Shown in pieces: positions 13,292 to 23,954 of a DNA stretch of 64,000 nt (its first letter is position 1; each line of letters opens with the position of its first letter). This DNA is from Escherichia coli. GTDB lineage: Bacteria > Pseudomonadota > Gammaproteobacteria > Enterobacterales > Enterobacteriaceae. The DNA lies in NCBI RefSeq assembly GCF_044647545.1, contig NZ_CP172818.1; one strand, 5' to 3'. A program made the translations under genes and the position numbers. Under the pieces are notes generated by a model, which did not search any database, had not been told where the DNA came from, and saw nothing but the letters and a program-made list of their open reading frames with translations.

Positions 13292-13987
13292 TTAAACCGG
13301 CGGCAGATCGAACAGTAACACTTCGCTGTCGCTATCCGCATGAATGGAGATTGCCTGCTCATCCCAGATTGCCAGACCATCGCTGGTCGAGGCTTTCACG
13401 CCGTTAATGGTGACATTGCCTTTCACCACCTGGATCCAGACGCGGCGTTCAGCGGCAATCTGATGCACCGACTGCTCATCTTTCAGCAATGCCCAACGAT
13501 ACAGTTCCATATCCTGATGCACTTTCAGCGAACCATCTCGCGCATCCGGCGAGAGCACCAGCTGTTTGCCCTGTACGGCATCGAAGCGACGCTGTTCATA
13601 ACGCGGCGTAATGCCGTTTTCTTCAGGCATGATCCAGATCTGATACAGATGCAGACGCTCGGTGCTGCTTGGGTTGTACTCAGAGTGACGGATACCCGTA
13701 CCCGCACTCATAATCTGGAACTCACCCGCCGGAACCTGCTCTTTATTGCCCATGCTGTCCTGGTGCTCAACAGTACCTTCCAGCACGTAGGTCAAAATTT
13801 CCATATCTTTATGCGGGTGAGTACCGAAGCCCTGCCCTGCTTCAATCACGTCGTCGTTAATCACGCGCAGCGCGGAGAAACCCATAAAGTTCGGGTCGTA
13901 GTAGTTGGCAAAAGAGAAAGTATGCCAGGAGTCCAGCCAGCCATGATTTGCATGACCACGTTCATTTGCTTTGCGTAAGTAGATCAT
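13292..13987 (-). CDS. yhhW: Pirin-like quercetin 2,3-dioxygenase YhhW (cupin)
   Basis: ORF track 231 aa; MIYLRKANERGHANHGWLDSWHTFSF and HPHKDMEILTYVLEG cupin metal-site motif. Confidence 0.9.
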   Translation of the reverse strand: MIYLRKANERGHANHGWLDSWHTFSFANYYDPNFMGFSALRVINDDVIEAGQGFGTHPHKDMEILTYVLEGTVEHQDSMGNKEQVPAGEFQIMSAGTGIRHSEYNPSSTERLHLYQIWIMPEENGITPRYEQRRFDAVQGKQLVLSPDARDGSLKVHQDMELYRWALLKDEQSVHQIAAERRVWIQVVKGNVTINGVKASTSDGLAIWDEQAISIHADSDSEVLLFDLPPV

Positions 13988-14109
13988 TTGTATTCGCCCC
14001 CTGAATGTTTTCGATGGGCTTAGTGTGGACCCGATCTGCCTGGGATGATAGAGGGTGAAAATTGACCCCTATGTTCAAAAAAATTGAACTATTCGAGGGG
14101 CCATCAAAC

Positions 14110-15147
14110 TTACTTCGCGAGAGTCACTGTGGAGGGAGAGGCTTGCTCAAAACCGCGTTCAAGGATTTCCAAATTGGTAAGAACTTCAGATTCCTTGACG
14201 TAATTTGGCGCACCGTTGGTGATGGTTTGATACAACGCATCATAAACGCGCCCGTAATCGCCCATCTCCGGCTTCATCTCTTCTCTGACCGTCACCCCCT
14301 CGTCATTGACATACTCCAGCACACCGACCGAATCATCCGCTGCGAATCCCGGTTCGCCCGGCATAATATTAGCCTTGAGGCTGGTTTCCTGCTGGTCGAT
14401 ACCGTATTTAATAAACGAACCTTTCTTACCGTGAACGATAAATTTCGGATAATCGATTTTCACCAGATGGCTGGTTTTGACGATGGCTTTCAGGTCGCCA
14501 TAAAACAGCTGCGCTTCAAAGGTGTCGTCAGGATTGGCTTTATTACGCAGGCTGCGGATGTCATAAGCGACGTGATCCGGGCGACCGAACAGAGAAATAA
14601 TCTGGTCCATCGTATGCACACCAAGGCCATAGAACGCGCCATCCTGCGGCAGCCCAGGTTTGGTTTCTGCCACCGGGCGGTAATAGTCAAAATGGCTTTC
14701 CACTTCAACAATCTCTCCCAGCTTGCCGCTTTCAATCGCTTTTTTCGCCGTCAGAAAACAGGAATCAAAGCGACGATTCTGATACGGCGTGACGGTCAGC
14801 CCTTTACTTTTCGCCAGCGCAAAAAGTTCTTTCGCTTGCGCAAGCGTCGGAGTGAATGGTTTTTCGACCAGCACATTTTTCCCGGCTTCCAGCGCGCGCT
14901 TCGCGTACTCGAAGTGGCTGTCCGCATGGGTGCAGACAACAACCAGCTTAACATCGGGATCGTTTAGCACTTCGTCGAGATCGCTGGTGAAATGGATATG
15001 AGAGTAAATGGGAGCCTGTTCTTCCGGCTTCGCATGGCGACGAAAAATATGCGCGACATGCCAGCTATCCTTGCGGTTAAGTACATACGGCAGATGGTAA
15101 CGGGTGGTGCTTTTGCCGAAGCCAATAAAGGCGCAGTTGATGACCAT
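14110..15147 (-). CDS. yhhX: Gfo/Idh/MocA-family NAD(P)-dependent oxidoreductase YhhX
   Basis: ORF track 345 aa; N-terminal Rossmann segment MVINCAFIGFGKSTTRYHLPYV. Confidence 0.88.
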   Translation of the reverse strand: MVINCAFIGFGKSTTRYHLPYVLNRKDSWHVAHIFRRHAKPEEQAPIYSHIHFTSDLDEVLNDPDVKLVVVCTHADSHFEYAKRALEAGKNVLVEKPFTPTLAQAKELFALAKSKGLTVTPYQNRRFDSCFLTAKKAIESGKLGEIVEVESHFDYYRPVAETKPGLPQDGAFYGLGVHTMDQIISLFGRPDHVAYDIRSLRNKANPDDTFEAQLFYGDLKAIVKTSHLVKIDYPKFIVHGKKGSFIKYGIDQQETSLKANIMPGEPGFAADDSVGVLEYVNDEGVTVREEMKPEMGDYGRVYDALYQTITNGAPNYVKESEVLTNLEILERGFEQASPSTVTLAK

Positions 15148-15269
15148 GATTTCGTCCTTTTTAAGGGGGTTATTTACACCTTAGCGCAAAGCGGACGTGG
15201 TTCCTACTGGAGTGCGCATAACGAACACAAGCACTTCCCGTGGATAATTTGAAAACGAAAGATCAAAAA

Positions 15270-15359
15270 AAAAGCCAGCACCCGGCTGGCTAAGTAATAC
15301 TGGAAGCAATGTGAGCAATGTCGTGCTTTCAGGTTCTCCGCGAGGGTCTTCCTGATCGC
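15270..15359 (-). ncRNA. ryhB: Small regulatory RNA RyhB (iron-sparing sRNA) with intrinsic terminator
   Basis: Minus strand reads GCGATCAGGAAGACCCTCGCGGAGAACCTGAAAGCACGACATTGCTCACATTGCTTCCAGTATTACTTAGCCAGCCGGGTGCTGGC followed by T9; matches RyhB as I recall it; located between yhhX and yhhY as in K-12. Confidence 0.9.
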
Positions 15360-15362
15360 AAG

Positions 15363-15384
15363 ACAATAATAATCATTCTCATTC
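15363..15384 (-). promoter_or_regulatory. Fur box overlapping the ryhB promoter
   Basis: aataataatcattctcatt immediately upstream of the RyhB 5-prime end resembles the Fur consensus GATAATGATAATCATTATC. Confidence 0.6.
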
Positions 15385-15480
15385 GCACTTGTCCAACACT
15401 TTTTGCAAAAAAATGCATTTGACTCGCATTTGAAAGTCAATGATGTTGAAAGGGACATTTACCCCAAAGAGGACAAAGGA

Positions 15481-16305
15481 ATGAGTGAGATAGTAATACG
15501 CCACGCAGAAACACGCGATTACGAGGCCATCAGGCAGATTCACGCCCAGCCGGAGGTGTATTACAACACGCTACAGGTGCCTCATCCTTCAGAACAAATG
15601 TGGCTGGAACGACTCACCGCTCGCCCTGGCATCAAGCAGTTAGTCGCCTGTATTGATGGAATCGTCGTAGGCCATCTCACCATTGACGTGCAACAACGCC
15701 CACGCCGCAGTCATGTTGCCGACTTTGGTATCTGTGTCGACTCCCGTTGGAAGAACCGCGGCGTCGCCAGCGCCCTGATGCGAGAGATGATTGAAATGTG
15801 CGACAACTGGTTGCGGGTAGATCGTATTGAGCTAACGGTGTTCGTCGATAACGCGCCAGCAATTAAGGTCTATAAAAAATTTGGCTTTGAGATTGAAGGG
15901 ACTGGCAAGAAGTACGCGCTGCGTAAGGTGAATCGGGAGATCATGGGGTGCGCAACTTACGATGTGTGGGTAGGTGCTGCGGCTCCTCCGGCCCCGCCCG
16001 CTACGGCGGGCTACGGCGCGCGGCCGCCGCCGCAAACGGCGCCGCACGAATCGGGCCGCGGGGCCGCCTGCCCGCTCCGCGCCCCGGCGGTCCCGCGCAC
16101 GGGCAGGGCACCGCGCGGGGCCAGCGCGGGCGCGCAGCGGTTACGCGACCCCGGGGGGTGCGCGTTCGGTGACGCACGGGCGACGCGGGGGCAGGCCGCG
16201 CACCCGACGGGGGGGACGGGGCGGCCGCGGCCCGCCGGGGCCCAGCGCGACGGGGGGCCCGACGGGCCGGCGGGGCGAGCCCTCACCTACCGGGAGAGGG
16301 CTTAA
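15481..16305 (+). CDS. yhhY: GNAT N-acetyltransferase YhhY, reading frame extended into a GC-rich block because no stop occurs at the expected 162-aa position
   Basis: ORF track 15403..16305; MSEIVIRHAETRDYEAIRQIHAQPEV start at 15481; after about 162 residues the frame continues as low-complexity Ala/Pro/Gly/Arg-rich sequence to 16305. Confidence 0.7.
   Translation: MSEIVIRHAETRDYEAIRQIHAQPEVYYNTLQVPHPSEQMWLERLTARPGIKQLVACIDGIVVGHLTIDVQQRPRRSHVADFGICVDSRWKNRGVASALMREMIEMCDNWLRVDRIELTVFVDNAPAIKVYKKFGFEIEGTGKKYALRKVNREIMGCATYDVWVGAAAPPAPPATAGYGARPPPQTAPHESGRGAACPLRAPAVPRTGRAPRGASAGAQRLRDPGGCAFGDARATRGQAAHPTGGTGRPRPAGAQRDGGPDGPAGRALTYRERA
15967..16276. other. About 310 bp block of extreme GC content (by eye well above 80 percent) between yhhY and ggt; open in several frames, no recognisable gene
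   Basis: Seen directly: runs such as ggccccgcccgctacggcgggctacggcgcgcggccgccgccg; contrasts sharply with the roughly 50 percent GC flanks; right edge abuts a hairpin gccctc-N11-gagggc and the ggt stop. Confidence 0.85.
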
Positions 16306-16309
16306 GATA

Positions 16310-18055
16310 TTAATACCCCGCCGTTAAATCATCCACCGAGCGCGAGTCGGATGCACCGTACAACTCACCATCCGACCCAACCATAATGCTTTGCGTACTG
16401 CCCATCGCCTCTTTCAGCGCCACTTTCTGACCTTTTGCTTCCAGCAGCTTGAGCGTATCCGGGCTAAACCCTTTTTCGACACGCAGCTCGTCCGGCAACC
16501 ACTGATGGTGGAAACGTGGCGCATTGGTCGCTTCGGCGACATTCATACCACAATCGATGCTATTCACCACCATTTGCAGCACGGTAGTGATGATCCAGCT
16601 CCCGCCAGGGCTACCGGTAACCAGCCAGGTTTTACCGTCTTTCACCACAATGGTGGGTGACATCGACGACAGCGGGCGTTTATTCGGCCCGACCGCGTTG
16701 GCGTCACCACCCACCAGCCCGTAAACGTTCGGTACGCCCGGTTTGGCGGAGAAATCATCCATCTGGTTATTGAGCAAAATACCGCTCTCGCCCGCGACAA
16801 TGCCCGTCCCGAAGGTGGTGTTCAGCGTATAGGTCACCGCCACCGCGTTACCGTCTTTATCCACCACTGAGTAATGGGTAGTTTGATTACTCTCATAAGG
16901 CGCAAGCTTGCCGGGGCGAATTTCGCTGGATGGCTTCGCTTTATTGATATCGATTTGATCGGCAATAGATTTGGCATAGGCTTTATTGGTCAGCGCCTGC
17001 CACGGTACTTTGACAAAATCCGGATCGCCAAGATATTCCGAGCGGTCGGCGTAGGCGTATTTCTCAGCTTCTGCCATGATTTGCATCGCGTCGGCACTGC
17101 CAAAGCCGTACTTCTTCATATCGAAGTTTTCCAGGATATTGAGGATCTGCACGATATGAATCCCACCGGAAGATGGCGGTGGCATCGAGTAAACCTGATA
17201 CCCGCGATATTCGCCGCTAATCGGTGTACGTTCGACCGCTTTATACGCCGCTAAATCTTCTTTAGTGATCAAGCCACCGTTTTTCTGCATCTCCTGGGCA
17301 ATCTGTTCCGCTATCGTGCCTTTGTAGAATTCGTCCGGGCCGTTTTCGGCAATCATCTCCAGGCTCTTTGCCAGGTTCGCCTGCACCAGCTTGTCACCCT
17401 TTTTCAGCGGCGCGCCCTCTTTCCAGAAGATAGCCTTGCTGTTTTCGTGATTCGGCAATACTTCGCTACCGTAGGTTTTGAGATCGTCAGCCAACGCGTC
17501 GTTAACGATAAAACCATCGCGTGCCAGTTTAAACGCCGGTTGCACCACTTTGTTCAACGGCATGGTGCCGTACTTCTCCAACGCCAGCGAGAAACCTGCT
17601 ACCGTACCGGGCGTACCAGAAGCCAGATGCGAAGTGAGTGATTTTTTGCTGTCCGGGTTACCCTGATCATCAAGGAACATATCGCGGGTCGCTTTGGCGG
17701 GTGCCATTTCGCGGAAATCGATAGCCGTGGTATTGCCATTTTTCGAGCGGATTAACATAAAACCACCGCCGCCCAGATTCCCCGCCTGCGGATGCGTTAC
17801 CGCCAGCGCGTAGCCCACTGCCACGGCAGCATCAACGGCATTCCCGCCCTCCTTGAGGATATCCACCCCCACCTGAGTGGCAGTAGCATCTACAGACGCC
17901 ACCATCCCCTGTTTCGCGCGTACCGGATGAAAGACATCTTCCTCCACGCCGTAAGAAACAGGAGACGGCGCAGGTGGCGCGGCTACCGTACTAAAACAAC
18001 TTCCTGTGAACAGAGCAGCAATGGCCACCCGGCGTAAAAACGTCGGTTTTATCAT
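16310..18055 (-). CDS. ggt: Gamma-glutamyltranspeptidase Ggt
   Basis: ORF track 16310..18082; start placed at MIKPTFLRRVAIAAL signal peptide (580 aa); Thr nucleophile region TTHYSVVD; C-terminus DDLTAGY. Confidence 0.93.
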   Translation of the reverse strand: MIKPTFLRRVAIAALFTGSCFSTVAAPPAPSPVSYGVEEDVFHPVRAKQGMVASVDATATQVGVDILKEGGNAVDAAVAVGYALAVTHPQAGNLGGGGFMLIRSKNGNTTAIDFREMAPAKATRDMFLDDQGNPDSKKSLTSHLASGTPGTVAGFSLALEKYGTMPLNKVVQPAFKLARDGFIVNDALADDLKTYGSEVLPNHENSKAIFWKEGAPLKKGDKLVQANLAKSLEMIAENGPDEFYKGTIAEQIAQEMQKNGGLITKEDLAAYKAVERTPISGEYRGYQVYSMPPPSSGGIHIVQILNILENFDMKKYGFGSADAMQIMAEAEKYAYADRSEYLGDPDFVKVPWQALTNKAYAKSIADQIDINKAKPSSEIRPGKLAPYESNQTTHYSVVDKDGNAVAVTYTLNTTFGTGIVAGESGILLNNQMDDFSAKPGVPNVYGLVGGDANAVGPNKRPLSSMSPTIVVKDGKTWLVTGSPGGSWIITTVLQMVVNSIDCGMNVAEATNAPRFHHQWLPDELRVEKGFSPDTLKLLEAKGQKVALKEAMGSTQSIMVGSDGELYGASDSRSVDDLTAGY

Positions 18056-18174
18056 CGTTATTCTCCAGAGATTAAGGGGCAACCCCAGCTAAGCCTGGTA
18101 TATAACTCTGAATTAATCCTGATGATTGCAGGAAAGGAGTAAACTTAAAGAATATCTTCAGAGGAGGATACGCG

Positions 18175-18615
18175 ATGAAACGACTTCTGATTCTTACGGC
18201 ACTCCTGCCGTTTGTCGGCTTTGCACAGCCCATTAATACTCTGAATAACCCTAACCAGCCGGGGTATCAGATCCCCAGTCAGCAGCGGATGCAAACCCAA
18301 ATGCAAACGCAGCAAATCCAGCAAAAAGGGATGCTGAATCAGCAACTGAAAACGCAAACTCAGTTGCAACAACAGCATTTAGAAAACCAGATAAACAATA
18401 ATTCTCAGCGGGTGTTGCAGTCACAGCCGGGGGAGCGAAATCCCGCCCGGCAGCAAATGCTGCCCAACACCAATGGCGGGATGTTAAACGGCAACCGTAA
18501 TCCGGATAGTTCGTTGAATCAGCAGCATATGTTGCCGGAGAGGAGAAACGGCGACATGCTGAATCAACCCGGCACGCCGCAGCCTGATATACCGTTGAAA
18601 ACTATTGGGCCGTAA
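18175..18615 (+). CDS. yhhA: Gln-rich secreted protein YhhA
   Basis: ORF track 146 aa; signal peptide [17 protein letters not shown] followed by Q-rich low-complexity sequence. Confidence 0.85.
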   Translation: MKRLLILTALLPFVGFAQPINTLNNPNQPGYQIPSQQRMQTQMQTQQIQQKGMLNQQLKTQTQLQQQHLENQINNNSQRVLQSQPGERNPARQQMLPNTNGGMLNGNRNPDSSLNQQHMLPERRNGDMLNQPGTPQPDIPLKTIGP

Positions 18616-19345
18616 AGTTCGGACCAATCACATCAATCGCATCGGTACAGATGCAATCCACGCCCCAGCGCAGCAACTCTGCCGCGCGCTGGGGTTTATT
18701 GACGGTATAAACCAGAATTCGCAGTCCTGCATCTTTCAACTGCATCACTCGCGCTTTATCGAGCAACTTATGATTGAGATGAATAGAGACGCAGCCCAGT
18801 CGCGCGGTCAATTCTCGCCAGTCGTCGCGCCACTCATCAAGCAATAAACCGCGCGGCAGTTCTGGTACTGCTTGTTGCGCGGCGTCTAAAGCATCAATCT
18901 CAAACGATGACAGCAGCGGCGGCGTCATTCCGGCCCACAGTTCGCGTGCCGCCAGCGCCACCATTTTGCCCGTTAATGGCCCGGTGCCAGTGGTGGGTTT
19001 GATTTCGATATTCGCCATCATCCCGTGTTTGCGACAACGTTCCGCCACCTGCGAAAGCAACGGCAGTGGCTCACCTTTAAACGCTTTGCTGTACCAACTG
19101 CCTGCATCCACGCGCAGTAAATCCTGCCAGTTCAGATCGCCCGCGACGCCCCAGCCGTTGCTGGTGCGTTCAAGATTGTCGTCATGGAGCAGGAAGATTT
19201 CGCCATCTTTCGATAACTTCGCGTCAAATTCGATCATCTTATGACCGTATTTTGCCCCGACGTCGATTGCTGCCAGGGTGTTCTCCGGGGCCAGTTTACC
19301 GCCGCCACGATGGGCGACGATGCGGGGATAAGGCCAGTTACTCAT
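18602..19345 (-). CDS. ugpQ: Glycerophosphodiester phosphodiesterase UgpQ
   Basis: ORF track 247 aa; [24 protein letters not shown]-terminus (GDPD family). Confidence 0.93.
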   Translation of the reverse strand: MSNWPYPRIVAHRGGGKLAPENTLAAIDVGAKYGHKMIEFDAKLSKDGEIFLLHDDNLERTSNGWGVAGDLNWQDLLRVDAGSWYSKAFKGEPLPLLSQVAERCRKHGMMANIEIKPTTGTGPLTGKMVALAARELWAGMTPPLLSSFEIDALDAAQQAVPELPRGLLLDEWRDDWRELTARLGCVSIHLNHKLLDKARVMQLKDAGLRILVYTVNKPQRAAELLRWGVDCICTDAIDVIGPNFTAQ

Positions 19346-20412
19346 ACTCGTTGTCCTGTTTCACCATCAAAAAGATGTAGCTGATTTTCCGGCAGATGCA
19401 GCCACAGCGTGCTGCCTGCCGTCGGGCGCTCCTGATGTGCCAGTCGCACCACCAGCTTCTGTTCGCCCCAGCGTCCGTGCGCCAGGTTATCTGCGCCGAG
19501 GATCTCCAGCGTGTCCATCACCAGCGGCACACCACCTTCTGCCTGCGAGCTTAGCGCTATATGTTCCGGGCGAATGCCGAGGGTCATTTTACGCCCGGCA
19601 TACTGACGGTAGCCACCGTTTAGCGGCAGCGTAATACAACCATCCAGTTCGAAATGCGTACCTTCGTTATTCACGCGACCTGCCAGCAGGTTCATCGCCG
19701 GGCTGCCGATAAAACTCGCTACAAACAGGCTGGCGGGCTTTTCGTAGACTTCCACTGGCGTGCCAATCTGTTCGGCAACGCCGCCGTTCATCACCATTAC
19801 TCGCTGGGCGAGCGTCATCGCCTCAACCTGATCGTGAGTAACGTAGAGTGAAGTCGTTTTCAGGCGACGGTGCAGTTGTTGCAGTTCAAGACGCATCTGC
19901 ACACGCAGCTTGGCATCGAGGTTAGAGAGCGGCTCATCAAACAGGAACACTGCCGGCTCACGCACAATCGCACGCCCCATCGCCACACGCTGACGCTGAC
20001 CGCCAGATAGCTCACGCGGGCGGCGCTTAAGCAGGCCGTCCAGCTCCAGAATGCGCGCCGCTTCTTTAACACGTTCGGCAATTTGTTGCTTGCCCATGCC
20101 GCGAATTTTCAGCCCCCACGCCATGTTCTCCTCTACGCTCATATGCGGATAGAGCGCGTAGTTCTGAAACACCATCGCAATCCCGCGATCTTTCGGCTCC
20201 ATTTCGGTGACACGCTTGCGGTCGATCCAGATATCGCCCGTCGTTACCCGCTCCAGTCCGGCCACCATTCGCAATAACGTCGATTTCCCGCAGCCAGACG
20301 GCCCGACCATCACGATAAATTCGCCATCCGCCACATCAAGGGTCAGCGGTTTAATGACCTGGGTTTTGCCATCCCAGCTTTTGGTTACTGCCTGTAATTT
20401 CAGTCCTGCCAT
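19342..20412 (-). CDS. ugpC: sn-glycerol-3-phosphate ABC transporter ATPase UgpC
   Basis: ORF track 19342..20451; start placed at [13 protein letters not shown] (356 aa); Walker [10 protein letters not shown], signature LSGGQRQR. Confidence 0.92.
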   Translation of the reverse strand: MAGLKLQAVTKSWDGKTQVIKPLTLDVADGEFIVMVGPSGCGKSTLLRMVAGLERVTTGDIWIDRKRVTEMEPKDRGIAMVFQNYALYPHMSVEENMAWGLKIRGMGKQQIAERVKEAARILELDGLLKRRPRELSGGQRQRVAMGRAIVREPAVFLFDEPLSNLDAKLRVQMRLELQQLHRRLKTTSLYVTHDQVEAMTLAQRVMVMNGGVAEQIGTPVEVYEKPASLFVASFIGSPAMNLLAGRVNNEGTHFELDGCITLPLNGGYRQYAGRKMTLGIRPEHIALSSQAEGGVPLVMDTLEILGADNLAHGRWGEQKLVVRLAHQERPTAGSTLWLHLPENQLHLFDGETGQRV

Positions 20413-20413
20413 C

Positions 20414-21259
20414 TTATTTCTCACTATCGACCAGGCCGCGCACGAAGGCACGCTGCATCACTAAAACAATCACTACTGGTGGGATCAGCGTTAACAACAT
20501 CGCCGCCATCACCGAGTTCCATTCCGTGGTGCCTTCGCCAGTGGCGATCATCCCTTTAATCCCTGCCACGGTGGTGCCGAGATCAACGTCGGTAATAATC
20601 AACAACGGCCACAAATACTGGTTCCAGCCGTAAATAAAGGTGATCACAAACAGCGCCGCCAGATTAGTTTTGGACAGCGGAAAAACGATGTCGCAAAAGA
20701 AACGCATTGGTGACGCGCCGTCGATCCGCGCGGCTTCCACCAGCTCATCCGGCAGCGTCATAAAGAACTGGCGGAACAGGAAGGTGGCGGTCGCCGAGGC
20801 CATCAGCGGCAGCGTTAAGCCGGCGTAGCTGTCGAGCATCTTCAGATTGGCGATGACTTCCACCGTCGGGAAGATACGCACTTCAACCGGCAGCATCAGG
20901 GTGATAAAAATCATCCAGAAGAAGAGGTTACGTAGCGGAAAACGAAACCAGACAATGGCAAATGCCGAGAGCATCGAGACGGTAATTTTGCCGAGCGTAA
21001 TGCTGAACGCCATCACAAAGCTGTTAAGCAACATCCGCCAGAACGGCGCGCTATTCGTGCCTACCCCGTTCACCCAGATGTTGTGGATGTTTTCCAGCAG
21101 ATGTGTGCCGGGGATTAGCGTCATCGGTGCGGCATAGACTTCTTGTTTATCCAGCGTCGCCGCGACAAACGCCACGTACAGCGGGAAGAGGATCACCGCG
21201 ATCCCGAGGATCAGCATGGTATGGCTGAATATTGTCAGCCACGGACGGTTCTCAATCAT
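20414..21259 (-). CDS. ugpE: sn-glycerol-3-phosphate ABC transporter permease UgpE
   Basis: ORF track 281 aa, membrane protein; [22 protein letters not shown]. Confidence 0.92.
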
Positions 21260-22143
21260 TGGTAACGTACCTTGCTTTCAACATAGCGGAACTGCACCAC
21301 CGTCAGCACGATGACGAGGAACATCAACACCACCGACTGCGCGGCAGACGAAGCCAAATCCAGTCCGGTAAAGCCTTCACGGTAGATCTTATAAATCAGC
21401 GTCGTGGTGGCCTGTACTGGCCCGCCGGACGTGGCGGCGTCGATCACCGGGAAGGTGTCGAAGAAGGCGTACACCAGGTTCACCACCAGCAGGAAGAAAC
21501 TCACCGGAGCGATAAGCGGCAGCGCAATCTTAAAGAAGCGGCGAATCGGGCCTGCACCGTCGATGGCTGCGGCTTCGATCAACGAACGGGGAATGGATTG
21601 CAGCGCGGCATAGAAGAACAGAAAGTTGTAGCTAATTTGCTTCCACACCGAGGCAAACACCACCAGGAACATCGCCTGACCGCTGTTTTGTGCGTGGTTC
21701 CAGTCGTAGCCGAACTCAGCGAGAAAATGGGTGATCAGCCCGCGACCGGGGTTAAACAGAAAGATCCACAATACGGCGGCAACGGCGGGAGCCACGGCAT
21801 ACGGCAGCAGCATTAAGGTTTGATAGAAACGGCTGCCGCGCACGATGTACTCCACCAACGCCGCGAAGAACAGTGACACCAGCAAACCGCTGACGGTGAC
21901 AAAGGTGCTGAATTTTATCGTCGTCCAGAAGGAGTCGAGATAGTAGCTGTCATGAAACAGCGTGACGAAGTTATCCAGGCCGACAAACTGGCTGGAGAAA
22001 CCAAACGGATCGACGCTTTGTAGCGAGTACCACAACGCTTCGCCCGCAGGCCAGATAAAAAAGATAACGGTGATGATGAGCTGCGGCGCGACCAGCAAAT
22101 AAGGCAGCCAGCGCGAGCGGAACACCGGACGGGATGATGACAT
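21256..22143 (-). CDS. ugpA: sn-glycerol-3-phosphate ABC transporter permease UgpA
   Basis: ORF track 295 aa; [24 protein letters not shown]; overlaps ugpE start by 4 nt. Confidence 0.92.
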
Positions 22144-22164
22144 TACAGTTAATTCCTGAACTGT

Positions 22165-22232
22165 GCCGGATGCGCTTCGCTTATCCGGCCTACACGCGAT
22201 GCCAGGTCAGATAAGCGAAACGCATCCGACAT
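22165..22232. repeat. REP/BIME element (two inverted REP units) between ugpA and ugpB
   Basis: gccggatgcgcttcgcttatccggcctaca and gataagcgaaacgcatccgacatt match the REP consensus GCCGGATGCGGCGTAAACGCCTTATCCGGCCTAC. Confidence 0.8.
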
Positions 22233-22240
22233 TACACTGA

Positions 22241-23557
22241 TTAAGACTTCGTCGATTTCTCAAAGCGGCGCAGTAACTGATTCCCACGCTCAACGGCGGT
22301 ATCCAGCGCCTGCTGTGGCGTCTTCTTACCGGTCCACACGCTCTCCAGCTCTTCATCCACAATCACGCGGATCTGCGGCATGTTGCCCAGACGCAGCCCT
22401 TTGGTGAACGGCAACGGCGGCTTGTTCAGCATCTGACGCGTCGCGGTATCCGCCCCTGGGTTTTTCTCATAAAAGCCCTGCTCACGGGTCAGGTCATACG
22501 CCGCTTTGGTAATTGGCAGATAACCGGTTTTCTGATGCCACTCGGCAGCGTTTTCTGGCTTCGCGAGGAAGTCGAGAAACTTCGCCACGCCGGTATACGT
22601 TTCTTTATCTTTGCCCTGCATCACCCACAGGCTGGCTCCGCCGATAATGGCGTTTTGCGGCGCGTCTTTCGCATCGGCATCGTAAGGCATCATGCCTACG
22701 CCATAGTTAAATTTGGCGTACTCGCGAATGTTGGCAAGAGAACCGGAAGAGGCGGTCGTCATCGCGCAATCACCGTTATAGAACTTCTCGGTGGATTCAT
22801 CCTTACGCCCAACGTAGCTGAAATCGCCCTTCTTGTTCATCTCTTCGAGCATGGCGATGTGTTTCACCTGCTCCGGCTTGTTGAACTCAAGCACCGCGTC
22901 TGTGCCGTCAAAGCCGTTGTTTTTGCTGGCAAACGGCAAACCGTTCCAGGCGCTAAAGTTTTCCAGTTGGATCCATCCCTGCCAGCCGCTGGCGTAGCCG
23001 CACTTCATACCGGAGGCTTTCAGTTTTGCGGCATAGTCCGCCAGATCCTGCCAGGTTTTTGGCGGCTGTTCCGGGTCTAATCCTGCTTTCTTGAAGGCGT
23101 CTTTGTTGTAATAGAGAACGGGAGTCGAGCTGTTGAACGGCTGGGAGAGTAAGTGGCCGGTTTTGCTGTCGGAGTAATAGCCTGAAACCGTCGGCACAAA
23201 CTGCGACTCATCGAATTGAATCCCCGCCTCTTTAAACACGTCATACACCGGTTTAATGGCTTTCGACGCCATCATGGTGGCGGTGCCAACTTCATAAACC
23301 TGCAAAATAGCCGGAGCGTTGCCGGTACGAAATGCGGCAATCCCCGCGCTTAAATTCTGTTCGTAGTTGCCTTTATAGGTCGGTACAATTTTGTAATCCG
23401 GGTTTTCGGCGTTAAAACGTTGGGCCAGAGAATCCACCTCTTTGCCCAGTTCCCCTTCCATAGAATGCCAGAACGGAATGGTCGTCACTGCCTGCGCATT
23501 TGCCATTAAAGCCAGTCCGAGCGCCAGTGCTGAAGCTGTATAACGTAACGGTTTCAT
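22241..23557 (-). CDS. ugpB: sn-glycerol-3-phosphate periplasmic binding protein UgpB
   Basis: ORF track 438 aa; signal peptide [23 protein letters not shown]. Confidence 0.93.
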   Translation of the reverse strand: MKPLRYTASALALGLALMANAQAVTTIPFWHSMEGELGKEVDSLAQRFNAENPDYKIVPTYKGNYEQNLSAGIAAFRTGNAPAILQVYEVGTATMMASKAIKPVYDVFKEAGIQFDESQFVPTVSGYYSDSKTGHLLSQPFNSSTPVLYYNKDAFKKAGLDPEQPPKTWQDLADYAAKLKASGMKCGYASGWQGWIQLENFSAWNGLPFASKNNGFDGTDAVLEFNKPEQVKHIAMLEEMNKKGDFSYVGRKDESTEKFYNGDCAMTTASSGSLANIREYAKFNYGVGMMPYDADAKDAPQNAIIGGASLWVMQGKDKETYTGVAKFLDFLAKPENAAEWHQKTGYLPITKAAYDLTREQGFYEKNPGADTATRQMLNKPPLPFTKGLRLGNMPQIRVIVDEELESVWTGKKTPQQALDTAVERGNQLLRRFEKSTKS

Positions 23558-23675
23558 TGATTATCTCTCTTGTTGTACCGAATGCGCGAATTCACGCGTT
23601 TTATGCTCGCGGGGTAACATGACATGCTCGAATTACAGAAAAATAACTATTTTGTTACATTTTTAAGATAGTAAG

Positions 23676-23693
23676 GTGTCAGAAAGATGACAA
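23676..23693 (-). promoter_or_regulatory. Candidate Pho box (PhoB site) in ugpB promoter
   Basis: Minus strand reads TTGTCATCTTTCTGACAC, two 7-bp repeats with a 4-bp spacer resembling CTGTCAT-N4-CTGTCAT; ugp is a known Pho-regulon operon. Confidence 0.5.
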
Positions 23694-23794
23694 GGCGGTG
23701 ACGGCGCGGGCGAGGGAAAATGGGAGATGGGGCACGGATAAGCGGGAAAAATAGAAGGTCTGAATCAAACTCTACAGATTGCTCATCGTTTCAT

Positions 23795-23894
<100 letters not shown>

Positions 23895-23954
23895 ATTTTA
23901 CATTTGTAACCTGTCTCAAAGGAGTCTTTTGACTCCTTATCAATCAACGTGTTA

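Noticed and set aside
14062-14967. 301-aa plus-strand ORF antisense to yhhX
   Set aside because: Shadow ORF; the minus-strand oxidoreductase has a clear Rossmann N-terminus and full expected length.
15832-16327. Several overlapping ORFs on both strands inside the GC-rich block (for example 15948..16172, 15974..16327, 16011..16286)
   Set aside because: High-GC sequence lacks stop codons by chance; translations are Arg/Pro/Gly/Ala low complexity with no domain features.
23918-23938. Hairpin aaggagtc-tttt-gactcctt near the livF stop as a strong terminator
   Set aside because: Stem is present but neither strand has a convincing downstream U tract; left out of the feature list.
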